DNA of 64,000 nt from Calditrichaceae bacterium (GTDB lineage Bacteria > Calditrichota > Calditrichia > Calditrichales > JBFXGD01), in assembly GCA_050173015.1 (NCBI GenBank), contig JBFXLE010000023.1, positions 1-64,000 on the forward strand, in the 5' to 3' direction. Below, one piece after another: positions 41,005 to 50,794 of this stretch. The notes below the pieces were generated by a model that was not told the DNA's origin, did no database searches, and saw nothing but the letters and a program-made list of their open reading frames with translations. Each line of letters opens with the position of its first letter. The stretch's first letter is position 1. A program made the translations under genes and the position numbers.

Positions 41005-41781
41005 TTAACTTTTTTTCTCTTTTACAATTAACTGATCTTTAAATCTAATATCTATATAGGCAAGATTATTCAGTTGATTCCAATCAAGATAATTTTCAAG
41101 ATATTGAGCGAAATAGTACAGATTATCCTGATAATTATCATAATTCATATAAACCTCCGCTCCACCTCTTATCAGCAGTAACTTAAGATGCCTGGAGTTG
41201 CCCAGATTTACTTCTGAAATCAAATCTTCTATGGGAGATACCATCATTCTTAGATAGGAGAGCATCTCGACACCTTTTAATGTTTTTTTCGAAATCGTTC
41301 TTGAACCCAACGATCCCAGTGGCTCATTCACTCCGCTGATAAATGGAAGATTCCACCGATGGTTGTTTTCCGGAATCGGCATCAGAATTCCTTCATCATC
41401 AACCAGATTCAAACCCTTTCCGTGGATGAAAGCGATTGGTTCACGCTCAACAATTACAATTCTTAACGTTGAAGGAAGACTTCTGACAGCGCTTGCCCCC
41501 TTTACATAATAAGATTTCTTTAATTTATTAACGATATCAACAGGTCTAATTTTAAGCAGCTGCTCCTGTCCCTGCTTTAGACCGCATAATTTCAGAACAT
41601 CCTGTTCCGAAAGAATATTATTTCCCTTTATATCTATATCCTCAAGCTTAAATGTCGCGAGTGATTTCTGCAGATGATTATCAATCTTCCGATAACCATA
41701 GGCGGCCAGGGACATCAGGACAATTATCAGGATGTAAATTACTGATGATTTAACCGGTATTTTTTTTCTTTTTCGATTCAT
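41005..41781 (-). CDS. ftsQ: Cell division protein FtsQ/DivIB
   Basis: TM + POTRA-like region, IDIRF end; synteny. Confidence 0.85.
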   Translation of the reverse strand: MNRKRKKIPVKSSVIYILIIVLMSLAAYGYRKIDNHLQKSLATFKLEDIDIKGNNILSEQDVLKLCGLKQGQEQLLKIRPVDIVNKLKKSYYVKGASAVRSLPSTLRIVIVEREPIAFIHGKGLNLVDDEGILMPIPENNHRWNLPFISGVNEPLGSLGSRTISKKTLKGVEMLSYLRMMVSPIEDLISEVNLGNSRHLKLLLIRGGAEVYMNYDNYQDNLYYFAQYLENYLDWNQLNNLAYIDIRFKDQLIVKEKKS

Positions 41782-43158
41782 CTAAACGCTCATCTCATTT
41801 ATTGCTTTTTCACCATAAACCCAAATATCACCCGCACCCATGGTGATCACCATATCACCCGTTTTTATGATACTCTTCAAAAATGCCGGAACATCCGCTT
41901 TATTCCGTATATAATGAACATCATTATGACCGGTCTTTAAAAGTTCATCGCTGATCATTCCGGCATCAATTCCGGAAATAGGTTCCTCCCTCGCCGGATA
42001 AATACCGGTTATGACAACCACATCAGCGTCCTTGAGTGAATCCGCGAATTCAGCATAAAAATCGCGTGTTCTTGAATACAGATGGGGTTGAAATACCGCT
42101 ACTATTCTTCGCCGCCAGCCGTTTCGAGCCCCGCTGATCGTTGCTTTTATCTCAGATGGATGATGAGCATAATCATCCACAAACATAATATCATTGACCA
42201 CTTTCTTGATTTCGAACCGCCGATCCACTCCCGCGAATTTTTCAAGCGCCTTTTGCAATTTTGGGAAAGGAATTTCCATTTCCAGCGCCATTGCAATAAC
42301 CGCGAGAGAATTTTTCACATTATGCTCACCGGGCAGATAAATTTTTACCGGACCCAATGTTTTATCATCATAAATCACATCGAATACCGCGCTGTCTTCA
42401 TTATATTGAATGTTTACGGCCCTGACATTCGCATCCTTATCTATTCCGTAAGTAATCACGGTGGCTGTCATTTCAGGGATCAGTTTTTTCAATCTTATAT
42501 CATCATCGCACGCAATGACTGAGCCATCAAAAGGGACCTGATTTGCAAAACGCAAAAATGTCTTCTCAAGATCATTGATATCGCTGTATATATCCAAATG
42601 ATCCGCTTCAAGATTTGTAATGATCGCGATTCTAGGATACAAAGCCAGAAACGACCGGTCATACTCATCAGCCTCCGTGACCATATACTTTCCCTGCCCT
42701 AGCCTTGCATTCGTATGCAGATTTTTTAATCTGCCGCCTACGACCACTGTGGGATCTAAACCCGCTTCGATCAACACATGTCCGGCCATGGAAGTTGTCG
42801 TTGTTTTTCCATGCGTACCCGCGACGGCAATTCCAAATTTCATTGACATTAACTGGCCAAGCATCTCGGCGCGGCGAATTAAGGGGATGCCTCTGCGCTT
42901 AGCCTCTGAGATTTCCGGGTTATCCTTTTTTACCGCGGATGTATATACCACTAAATCAACTTCCTTTAAATTTTCCGCGGAATGGCCGTTATAAATTACC
43001 GCTCCTTTCTGCTCAAGGTAGTCCGTCAGCGCGGAAAGCTGCTGATCTGATCCGCTGACACGGTGTCCCAGCTCAAGCAGTATTTCGGCGATACCGCTCA
43101 TTCCGATCCCGCCAATTCCTACAAAATGTATTCGTTTTTTTCTGTTATGAATACTCAC
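41782..43158 (-). CDS. murC: UDP-N-acetylmuramate--L-alanine ligase
   Basis: GIGGIGMSG, GTHGKTTT, DDYAHHP. Confidence 0.96.
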   Translation of the reverse strand: MSIHNRKKRIHFVGIGGIGMSGIAEILLELGHRVSGSDQQLSALTDYLEQKGAVIYNGHSAENLKEVDLVVYTSAVKKDNPEISEAKRRGIPLIRRAEMLGQLMSMKFGIAVAGTHGKTTTTSMAGHVLIEAGLDPTVVVGGRLKNLHTNARLGQGKYMVTEADEYDRSFLALYPRIAIITNLEADHLDIYSDINDLEKTFLRFANQVPFDGSVIACDDDIRLKKLIPEMTATVITYGIDKDANVRAVNIQYNEDSAVFDVIYDDKTLGPVKIYLPGEHNVKNSLAVIAMALEMEIPFPKLQKALEKFAGVDRRFEIKKVVNDIMFVDDYAHHPSEIKATISGARNGWRRRIVAVFQPHLYSRTRDFYAEFADSLKDADVVVITGIYPAREEPISGIDAGMISDELLKTGHNDVHYIRNKADVPAFLKSIIKTGDMVITMGAGDIWVYGEKAINEMSV

Positions 43159-43173
43159 TGAAAATCCTATTTA

Positions 43174-44304
43174 TTAATTTTCAAACGGCCATTTGTTTTT
43201 TTGTTTCAGCATCAATTCGATACGCTTTAATATTATATCAATCGTGTCGGGCTGATGCAGACTCCTCATATTCATCGCAAACGTTTTTATTCTGTTTTGA
43301 TCCACGAATATTGTATTTACCATCGTACAAATTTTTTCCGTCATATCTTTATTATCAACCACGACCATCCCGGCGTTTTTCTCTTCAATCATCTTTGCGT
43401 TTTTATACTGATGGTCTGCCGCGGCAAAGGGATAAGGTACAAGCAGAGCGGGGAGACCGGCTGCCATCAGCTCTGACAACGTCATCGCGCCAGCCCTGCA
43501 AATTGCAAAATCAGCCAGCGCATAGGCATTGTACATATCATCAATGAACGGCTTGATTACCACCTTACCCGAATTAATTTTTTTTAGCAGCAGATCATAT
43601 TTGTCAAATTCATTTTTCCCTGTTTGCCATAGTATTTGAAATCCATCAGGAATTTTTTCATTTTTGATCATCTGCAACACCGCGTTATTTATACTTGAAG
43701 CGCCCTGGCTTCCACCGAAAACAAGAATCGTTTTTAAATTCGGCTTCAAACCATAATCAGCCGCAATTTCACTTCGTCCGGATACCGGTTTTTTTAGATT
43801 TATGGGATTACCGGTTACATGAATATTTTTCGCGTTTTTCAAGAACTTTTTTGCTTCTGCATAGGCAAGAAAGACCAAATCCGCCTTGGGTGCCAGTAAC
43901 CTGGTGGTTACCCCGGGGTAACTGTTTTGTTCCTGAATTACAGTAGGAATATCCAGTGATATTGCCGCTTTTAATACCGGCCCCATTACATATCCTCCGG
44001 TCCCGATCACGATATCCGGCTCCAAACTTTTTAACTGCTGTTTACAAATCCTCAGACTATTCCATAATTTGAACGGAAACATCAGATTTTTAAGAGTCAG
44101 CCTTCTTTGAAAACCAACAACGGGTATGATTTTCAGTTCATATCCTGCCGATGGTACCTTTGTATATTCAAGACCGCGTTCCGTTCCAAAAAATTTAATG
44201 CTCGCATCCCACTTTTCATTAATCGCGCTTGCCAAATTTAAAGCGGGAAAAACATGTCCTCCTGTGCCTCCGCCCGCGAAAACTACTTTTATTTTTTTAT
44301 CCAT
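43174..44304 (-). CDS. murG: Lipid II GlcNAc transferase MurG
   Basis: GGGTGGH, GGSQGA, RAGA, DHQ. Confidence 0.95.
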   Translation of the reverse strand: MDKKIKVVFAGGGTGGHVFPALNLASAINEKWDASIKFFGTERGLEYTKVPSAGYELKIIPVVGFQRRLTLKNLMFPFKLWNSLRICKQQLKSLEPDIVIGTGGYVMGPVLKAAISLDIPTVIQEQNSYPGVTTRLLAPKADLVFLAYAEAKKFLKNAKNIHVTGNPINLKKPVSGRSEIAADYGLKPNLKTILVFGGSQGASSINNAVLQMIKNEKIPDGFQILWQTGKNEFDKYDLLLKKINSGKVVIKPFIDDMYNAYALADFAICRAGAMTLSELMAAGLPALLVPYPFAAADHQYKNAKMIEEKNAGMVVVDNKDMTEKICTMVNTIFVDQNRIKTFAMNMRSLHQPDTIDIILKRIELMLKQKNKWPFEN

Positions 44305-44308
44305 AATA

Positions 44309-45475
44309 TTATGTACTAATAACCGTTTGGTAAAAATCTTTACGTTTATCGCTGAAATCAGACCAGTTTTTTTGCCCTGCGCCGCCATTCGCATGCCTTG
44401 AAATATTTAATAATATGCCCACATTTACACCCATAAACGCAAGATGCGTTCCTCCATAACTGATAAACGGCATCGGCAATCCCGTCGCCGGAAAGAGATG
44501 AGTCACTACAGCCGCATTTACAAAGGCGTATAAAACAATATTCAGCGTGAGCCCAACCGCTAAAAACTTTCCAAAATCATCAGGTACTTTAATCGCGATA
44601 CGAATTCCTCTATACAAGATCACCAGAAAAATAATTAAAACCACAGATGTTCCAATAAATCCGAACTCTTCCCCGATAATGGAGAATATGAAATCCGTAT
44701 GCGAATCTGGAAGAAAAAAGAACTTCTGCTTACTTGCGCCTATACCATTTCCAAAGAATCCGCCCCGTCCAATCCCAATTAATGACTGTCGCACCTGATA
44801 GTCTGCGCCCAGGGGATTTGTGATCCCTTTAAGCCAGTTGACCACACGCAGCATCTGATATGAATGTGTGCTCAGCATATAGATCACAGCGGGTATAGCA
44901 GCCATCGCCATTGCCAGAAGATGACGTATTTTTGCCTGACTCAACAGCAGCATCAACCCGACAATCATCAAAATCATCAAAGCGGTACTTAAATTAGGTT
45001 CAAGGAGAATGAGTATTATAACCATCCCCAGAATAGTAAGCGGAGGAAGGAGTCCGTTTGAAAAATTTTTCAGTTTTTCTCCTTTTTCAGAAATCACATA
45101 TGCAAAGAATCCTATAACGGCCAGTTTAGCGAATTCCGATGGCTGAAAAGTAATTATTCCCAAATCGTACCAACGTCTTGCGCCGTTTATCTCCTTACCA
45201 AACAGGAAAAGGCCCATAAGAAGTATAATTGATATGAAAATCACGGTCACCGGAAAATAGTGATTCTTATATCTTCTATAGTCTATTTTTGAAAACACCA
45301 GTATCAGTACAATGGAAATCAGTCCCCAGGTTAATTGCCGCTTGAAAAAATAGGTAAGGGATCCATAATTGGTATTCGCTACCATTGAACTGGCACTGAA
45401 AACCATTACCATTCCTATCATCAGCAGGAAAGTCACGCTGACTGCTATCCACAGATCTAATTTACCCGCGCGCAA
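44309..45475 (-). CDS. ftsW: Cell division SEDS protein FtsW
   Basis: QPSEFAK, HTDFIF, PFISYGG; inside dcw. Confidence 0.93.
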   Translation of the reverse strand: MRAGKLDLWIAVSVTFLLMIGMVMVFSASSMVANTNYGSLTYFFKRQLTWGLISIVLILVFSKIDYRRYKNHYFPVTVIFISIILLMGLFLFGKEINGARRWYDLGIITFQPSEFAKLAVIGFFAYVISEKGEKLKNFSNGLLPPLTILGMVIILILLEPNLSTALMILMIVGLMLLLSQAKIRHLLAMAMAAIPAVIYMLSTHSYQMLRVVNWLKGITNPLGADYQVRQSLIGIGRGGFFGNGIGASKQKFFFLPDSHTDFIFSIIGEEFGFIGTSVVLIIFLVILYRGIRIAIKVPDDFGKFLAVGLTLNIVLYAFVNAAVVTHLFPATGLPMPFISYGGTHLAFMGVNVGILLNISRHANGGAGQKNWSDFSDKRKDFYQTVIST

Positions 45476-46822
45476 TTAATCACCCTTCAATTTATTTACA
45501 ATTGTTTTAAACTGTCTTCCCCTGTCCTCAAAATCCCTGAACATGTCGAAACTGGCGCAAGCCGGTGACAACAGAATGACATCACCCGGTAATGAAATAT
45601 TTCGAGCCAGGTTTACCGCATCATCCAGACTCCCGGCAAAATGTATTGGCTTTATATTTTGCCAGGCTATTGCCATTTTCTCTGATGCCTGGCCTATTAG
45701 TACAAGGTCTCTTACATTTTTATCTATAAAATCATTTAACTTTGTGAAATCACTGCCTTTATCTTTTCCTCCGGCAATCAGAATAATGGGTTCCCTGAAA
45801 CTTTGGAGCGCGTATGAAAGCGACTCCACTGTTGTTGCTTTAGAATCGTTAACATATTTCACGCCATTTATTTCGCCCACAAACTCCAAACGATGCTCAA
45901 CACCCCGAAATTCTGTCAATACTTTGCGGATATCATCGGCTGCAATATGCGCTTCGCCCGCCGCCAGCGCCGCGGCCATGGCGTTCATAATATTGTGTTT
46001 ACCCCTGATTCCTATTTTTTGGGCTTCTATCAAGGCCTGTCCCGATATATAAATGGAATTATCCGCAAAACATGCCCCATCTTTATGACGATGATTGATA
46101 TCAAATCCTGATTTCCTGCAATTTAATTTATTCGCCCATTCCGATAATTTTATATCATCCAGATTATAAATAAATACATCATTTTCTGTCAGATTTTTTG
46201 TGATTCGCCATTTTGCTTTTAAATAGTCGTCATAACTGTCATATCTGTCCAGATGATTCGGCGCAAAATTTAAGATGACCGCTACATCAGGATGAAAAGT
46301 ATCAATCGTTTCCAACTGGAAACTTGAGACTTCTACCACCGCCCAGTTTTTCTCATCACAATCTTCCACAAATGCCGAGAAGGGCTGTCCTATATTTCCC
46401 GCGATGACGGCATCCGGATACTTTTGTTTCAGCATTTCGCCGATCAGCGTTGTGGTGGTTGTTTTGCCGTTTGATCCTGTTACCGCGATGATACCGCATC
46501 TGCAAAACCAGGAAGCGATTTCAATTTCCGAATAAACCGGAATACCTGCTTTTACGAACCGCTGAACCACATTCGATTTGTATGGAATCCCTGGACTAAG
46601 GACAACAAAATCCACGTCAAAAGCTCTGTCGCTGTGAACACCAAACTCGTATTCAATTTTATTTTTTTCCAGTTCGGCAATTTCATTTTGTTTTTGACCT
46701 GTTGGCGCTGAATCACTTACAAAAACATCCGCATGATGTTTTTGGAGTAATTTAGCGGCCGCGATCCCGCTTCTTGCCGCTCCCAGTACCGTAACTTTTT
46801 TATTTTCGACGTTCTTTCTCAT
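45476..46822 (-). CDS. murD: UDP-MurNAc-L-Ala--D-glutamate ligase
   Basis: GSNGKTTT, EVSSFQL, NDSKAT, SPACASFD. Confidence 0.96.
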   Translation of the reverse strand: MRKNVENKKVTVLGAARSGIAAAKLLQKHHADVFVSDSAPTGQKQNEIAELEKNKIEYEFGVHSDRAFDVDFVVLSPGIPYKSNVVQRFVKAGIPVYSEIEIASWFCRCGIIAVTGSNGKTTTTTLIGEMLKQKYPDAVIAGNIGQPFSAFVEDCDEKNWAVVEVSSFQLETIDTFHPDVAVILNFAPNHLDRYDSYDDYLKAKWRITKNLTENDVFIYNLDDIKLSEWANKLNCRKSGFDINHRHKDGACFADNSIYISGQALIEAQKIGIRGKHNIMNAMAAALAAGEAHIAADDIRKVLTEFRGVEHRLEFVGEINGVKYVNDSKATTVESLSYALQSFREPIILIAGGKDKGSDFTKLNDFIDKNVRDLVLIGQASEKMAIAWQNIKPIHFAGSLDDAVNLARNISLPGDVILLSPACASFDMFRDFEDRGRQFKTIVNKLKGD

Positions 46823-46837
46823 ATCATTTTTTCCGGA

Positions 46838-47941
46838 CTACTGCGTTTTAAAGGTGCTCAGACTTAATAGCGCGAGCAGGATCCCGATGATCCAGAATCT
46901 TACGACCACCTTCGCTTCATGCCAGCCCTTTAATTCAAAATGATGATGAAGCGGCGCCATCCTAAATACGCGCCGGCCTTCTCCGTATTTCTTTTTCGTG
47001 TATTTGAAATAGGTTGTTTGTATGATAACTGATAACACTTCCACAATAAAAATTCCGGCGATCAGCAGCAGAAGTAATTCTTTTTTAAGCAGGATGGCAG
47101 CCGTCCCGAGGGCGCTTCCAAGAGCCAAAGAACCTGTATCCCCCATAAATATTTCCGCGGGATAGGCATTATACCAGAGAAAACCGATTGCCGCACCAAA
47201 AATGGCAAGGCAGATGATGACAAGCTCCTCGGTGCCGGGTAAATAGATAATATTCAGATAATTACTAAAATTAACATTGCTTGTTACATAGGCGATACCC
47301 GCCAGCGCAATAAAAACGATCGCGGACAACCCGGCCGCGAGTCCGTCAAGTCCGTCTGTTAAATTTACCGCGTTTGATGACCCTGCTATCACAAATACGA
47401 TGACAAAGATATAGAATACGCCAAAATCAATTTCCAGATTTTTAAAAAACGGGACAGTGGTATTGGAATGTATTCCGTTAAAATACGGATGAAAATAAAT
47501 AACCAGAGCGATTAATAATCCCAGACTGATTTGTCCAATCAGTTTATATCTTCCGATCAGGCCTTTTTTCAGCTTTAAAATCGATTTCAGGAAATCATCA
47601 ATAAAACCGATCAGCCCCATTGTTAATGTCGCGAAAAACATTAACAGAAGATAAATATTTGAAAGATCCGCCCAAAGCAGTGTGGATACGATAACAGCAA
47701 GCAATATAATGAGTCCGCCCATGGTTGGCGTGCCTTTTTTTGCTTTGTGCGAAGCCGGTCCATCCGTACGGATTTCTTCTCCAATTTGGTGACGCTGCAA
47801 TGCTTTTATAATTCTCGGACCAATCCAGAGCGCTATTAAAAGAGCAGTAATTGCCGACAGCGTCGCTCTGACCGTAATATAACGGAACACATTGAATCCG
47901 AAGAACAAATCTTTAAACTGATATAAGAATTGTGCTAGCAT
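46838..47941 (-). CDS. mraY: Phospho-MurNAc-pentapeptide transferase
   Basis: TPTMGG, NLTDGLDG, FMGDTG, PLHHHFE. Confidence 0.97.
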   Translation of the reverse strand: MLAQFLYQFKDLFFGFNVFRYITVRATLSAITALLIALWIGPRIIKALQRHQIGEEIRTDGPASHKAKKGTPTMGGLIILLAVIVSTLLWADLSNIYLLLMFFATLTMGLIGFIDDFLKSILKLKKGLIGRYKLIGQISLGLLIALVIYFHPYFNGIHSNTTVPFFKNLEIDFGVFYIFVIVFVIAGSSNAVNLTDGLDGLAAGLSAIVFIALAGIAYVTSNVNFSNYLNIIYLPGTEELVIICLAIFGAAIGFLWYNAYPAEIFMGDTGSLALGSALGTAAILLKKELLLLLIAGIFIVEVLSVIIQTTYFKYTKKKYGEGRRVFRMAPLHHHFELKGWHEAKVVVRFWIIGILLALLSLSTFKTQ

Positions 47942-47970
47942 ATACTTTTCTTAACTTGTAAAAATTATTA

Positions 47971-49341
47971 TTATAAATTCCCGATTATTTTTTCCATTTG
48001 CATACCGCGGGAACCCTTTATCAAGATGATATCCCCGCTGTTTATTGCTCTTGCGAGAGAAGTCGCAAGTTCTGTGTGATCATCAAAAAATCTTATTTCT
48101 GTACTCCCGGGCTTATTGATTTCCGGAATTACGCTTTTCATCATATCACCCATCAGAAAGATTGCGGACGGTTCTTTGGAAACCGCATAATTCAAAATCC
48201 CAAGATGCATCTCAAAACTCGTCTCCCCAAGCTCAAACATATCTCCCAGGGCGAGAAATACTTTATTTTTCTTTTTCATGCTAAAAACGGTATCGATCGC
48301 GATTTCCATTGAAGCCGGGTTTGCGTTATAGGCGTCATTTACGATTGTAACACCGCGCCAGTCAATGATCTGCATACGCTTTTCAACAGGGGCATAGGTC
48401 TCAAGCCCGTTTTTTATTTCACGTTCGGAAAATCCAAGATTAAGAGCGATGGCGCTTGCGGCAAGCGCGTTTTTAGTATTATGTATGCCTGCTGCGCTCA
48501 GATGAATATCGGTCTTGTCATTTAAACGAAAAACACCGCATCCATTGGAATCCAGTTTTATAAACTGACCAGAAGTGACCGCTTTCTCGGAAAACGAATA
48601 TGTAATGACATTCACACCTTTTTTCTCATAATTTTTTAGGAATGGGTCATCCAGATTCAAATAAATAGTACTGTTATCTTCAAGACTATCGAAAAGAGAA
48701 AGTTTCTCCCTGGCTACTCCTTTTCTATCCTTAAAGAATTCCAGATGTGTATCACCGATATTCGTAATTATCGCATGATTCGGCCTTGTAATTGCTGCCA
48801 GCGGAGCGATCTCACCATGATGATTTGTTCCTATTTCAATGACCGCCGCCTGATGGATTTCATTCAACCGCAACAGAGTCAGAGGGCATCCGATATGATT
48901 GTTCAAATTTCCGCTCGTTTTGTGTACGGTAAATTTATTCTTTAAAATATGCGAAATCATTTCCTTGGTGGTCGTTTTTCCGTTAGATCCTGTAACGGCA
49001 ATTACAGGAATATCGTATTTGTTCCTGTGCATGGCGGCCAATTGATGGAGCGCTTTTAGTGTATCCGGAACCACTAAAAGCGGAAGGGCAAGATTCTTTA
49101 CCGCATCATATGAATGCCTGGCCACAACCGAAAAAAGGGCCGATTTTTGATTGACTTCCATCAGATAATCATGGCCGTCAAACCGGTCGCCTTCGATTGC
49201 CCAGAAGACTTCATCCGGCTCAATCGTCCGTGAATCTATGCTGATTCCTTTGATCATCTTTCCGCTCAAAATACCGTAATCGATATTATGAAACGTGACA
49301 TCGCTTAATTTCTCAAAATCATGCAGCGTTAGATTAAGCAT
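47971..49341 (-). CDS. murF: UDP-MurNAc-tripeptide--D-Ala-D-Ala ligase
   Basis: GSNGKTTTKE, DAYNANP, GDMFELG, KGSRG. Confidence 0.95.
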   Translation of the reverse strand: MLNLTLHDFEKLSDVTFHNIDYGILSGKMIKGISIDSRTIEPDEVFWAIEGDRFDGHDYLMEVNQKSALFSVVARHSYDAVKNLALPLLVVPDTLKALHQLAAMHRNKYDIPVIAVTGSNGKTTTKEMISHILKNKFTVHKTSGNLNNHIGCPLTLLRLNEIHQAAVIEIGTNHHGEIAPLAAITRPNHAIITNIGDTHLEFFKDRKGVAREKLSLFDSLEDNSTIYLNLDDPFLKNYEKKGVNVITYSFSEKAVTSGQFIKLDSNGCGVFRLNDKTDIHLSAAGIHNTKNALAASAIALNLGFSEREIKNGLETYAPVEKRMQIIDWRGVTIVNDAYNANPASMEIAIDTVFSMKKKNKVFLALGDMFELGETSFEMHLGILNYAVSKEPSAIFLMGDMMKSVIPEINKPGSTEIRFFDDHTELATSLARAINSGDIILIKGSRGMQMEKIIGNL

Positions 49342-50791
49342 GCTTTGACGCTTCCTTTATAATTGATGCCTCATCAAAATCATATTTCACACCGTTAATT
49401 TCCTGATACATTTCATGTCCCTTGCCGGCGATTAATATCACATCGCCATCCCGCGCCATCTTCACAGCCTTTTCGATTGCTTCGCGCCGGTCCGAAATAA
49501 CTTCTCTTTTTTCCGGATGGGACATCCCTTCAAGTATTTCGTTTATAATCTGGTCAGGATCTTCTGTTCTTGGATTGTCACTTGTTACAATAATCCAATC
49601 CGCAAGGTTCTCGCTTATTTTCCCCATTATCGGACGTTTTCCGCGATCACGATCACCGCCCGCGCCAAACACAACAATCAATCTGTTGGGGGTGATTTTA
49701 CGCAATGCCAGGATCGCTTTTTCCAATGCATCCGGAGAATGAGCGTAATCAATAACGGCGACGGCACCCTCACCGACTCCGTAGGACTCAAACCTGCCGG
49801 GAACCCGCGAAATTTTCTCTATTCCCGCAGAAATATCTTTAAGTTCAAAATCCAGGGCAATTCCCACGGTCACCGCCGCAAGAATGTTCTGCATATTAAA
49901 TTCACCAAGCAGTTTTGAGTGAATTTCAAGACTTCCTGCGGGCGTTTCAACCTGCATATGAATTCCTGAAATATCAATTTTCCATTCTTTTATGAATACA
50001 TCCGCCCCGGATGAAACCGAGAAAGTAAGCATGGGCCGGTTTAATTTCCGGGCAAGCAGAGATCCGTGCTTATCATCAATATTTATCACAGCGGTACCAT
50101 CATCCCTGAGAAGCGAAAATATTTTGACTTTCGCGTTAAAATATTCATCTTCACTTTTATAAAAATCCATGTGATCACGGCTCAAATTGGTAAACACAGC
50201 GACCTTGAACGGCAAACTATCCACCCTGTTAAGTGAAAGAGCGTGCGAAGAAACCTCAAGAACACATGATTGCTGCATATTCTCATACATATCAAAGATC
50301 AGCTTACACAGATCAAGCGCTTCAGGAGTGGTATTCCAGGCGTTGTTCTGATGATCACCATAGTAATAGGCTATCGTGCCAATCAATCCTGAGGGTATCC
50401 CCGCCTGTTCCAGAATCGAGCGAACCAGAAATGATGTTGTTGTCTTACCATTCGTACCCGTTATTCCAATCAGATTCATCATTTCGATCTCCGGACGATA
50501 ATAATTATAGGCCAAATAAGCCATGGCACTACGGCTGTCCGCAACTCTGATCTGGGGTATTTGAATATGATCAGCCACATTTTCAACGACAGCTGCCGCG
50601 GCTCCCGCTTTTTCGACCGCGCTTATATATCGATGTCCATCTGATTTGAATCCACGCACCGCGACAAACAGATCACCAGCCTTCACTTTTCTTGAGTCAT
50701 AGTGAATCTCATTAATTCGTAAATTTTTAATATTGTCAGGAATCTCAGCTTCAATTCCTTCCAACAAATCAGTTATCTTCTTTGTTCGCAT
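49334..50791 (-). CDS. murE: UDP-MurNAc-dipeptide--meso-DAP ligase
   Basis: GTNGKTT, DYAH, DNPR (DAP-type), GKGHE. Confidence 0.95.
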   Translation of the reverse strand: MRTKKITDLLEGIEAEIPDNIKNLRINEIHYDSRKVKAGDLFVAVRGFKSDGHRYISAVEKAGAAAAVVENVADHIQIPQIRVADSRSAMAYLAYNYYRPEIEMMNLIGITGTNGKTTTSFLVRSILEQAGIPSGLIGTIAYYYGDHQNNAWNTTPEALDLCKLIFDMYENMQQSCVLEVSSHALSLNRVDSLPFKVAVFTNLSRDHMDFYKSEDEYFNAKVKIFSLLRDDGTAVINIDDKHGSLLARKLNRPMLTFSVSSGADVFIKEWKIDISGIHMQVETPAGSLEIHSKLLGEFNMQNILAAVTVGIALDFELKDISAGIEKISRVPGRFESYGVGEGAVAVIDYAHSPDALEKAILALRKITPNRLIVVFGAGGDRDRGKRPIMGKISENLADWIIVTSDNPRTEDPDQIINEILEGMSHPEKREVISDRREAIEKAVKMARDGDVILIAGKGHEMYQEINGVKYDFDEASIIKEASKHA

Positions 50792-50794
50792 AAT

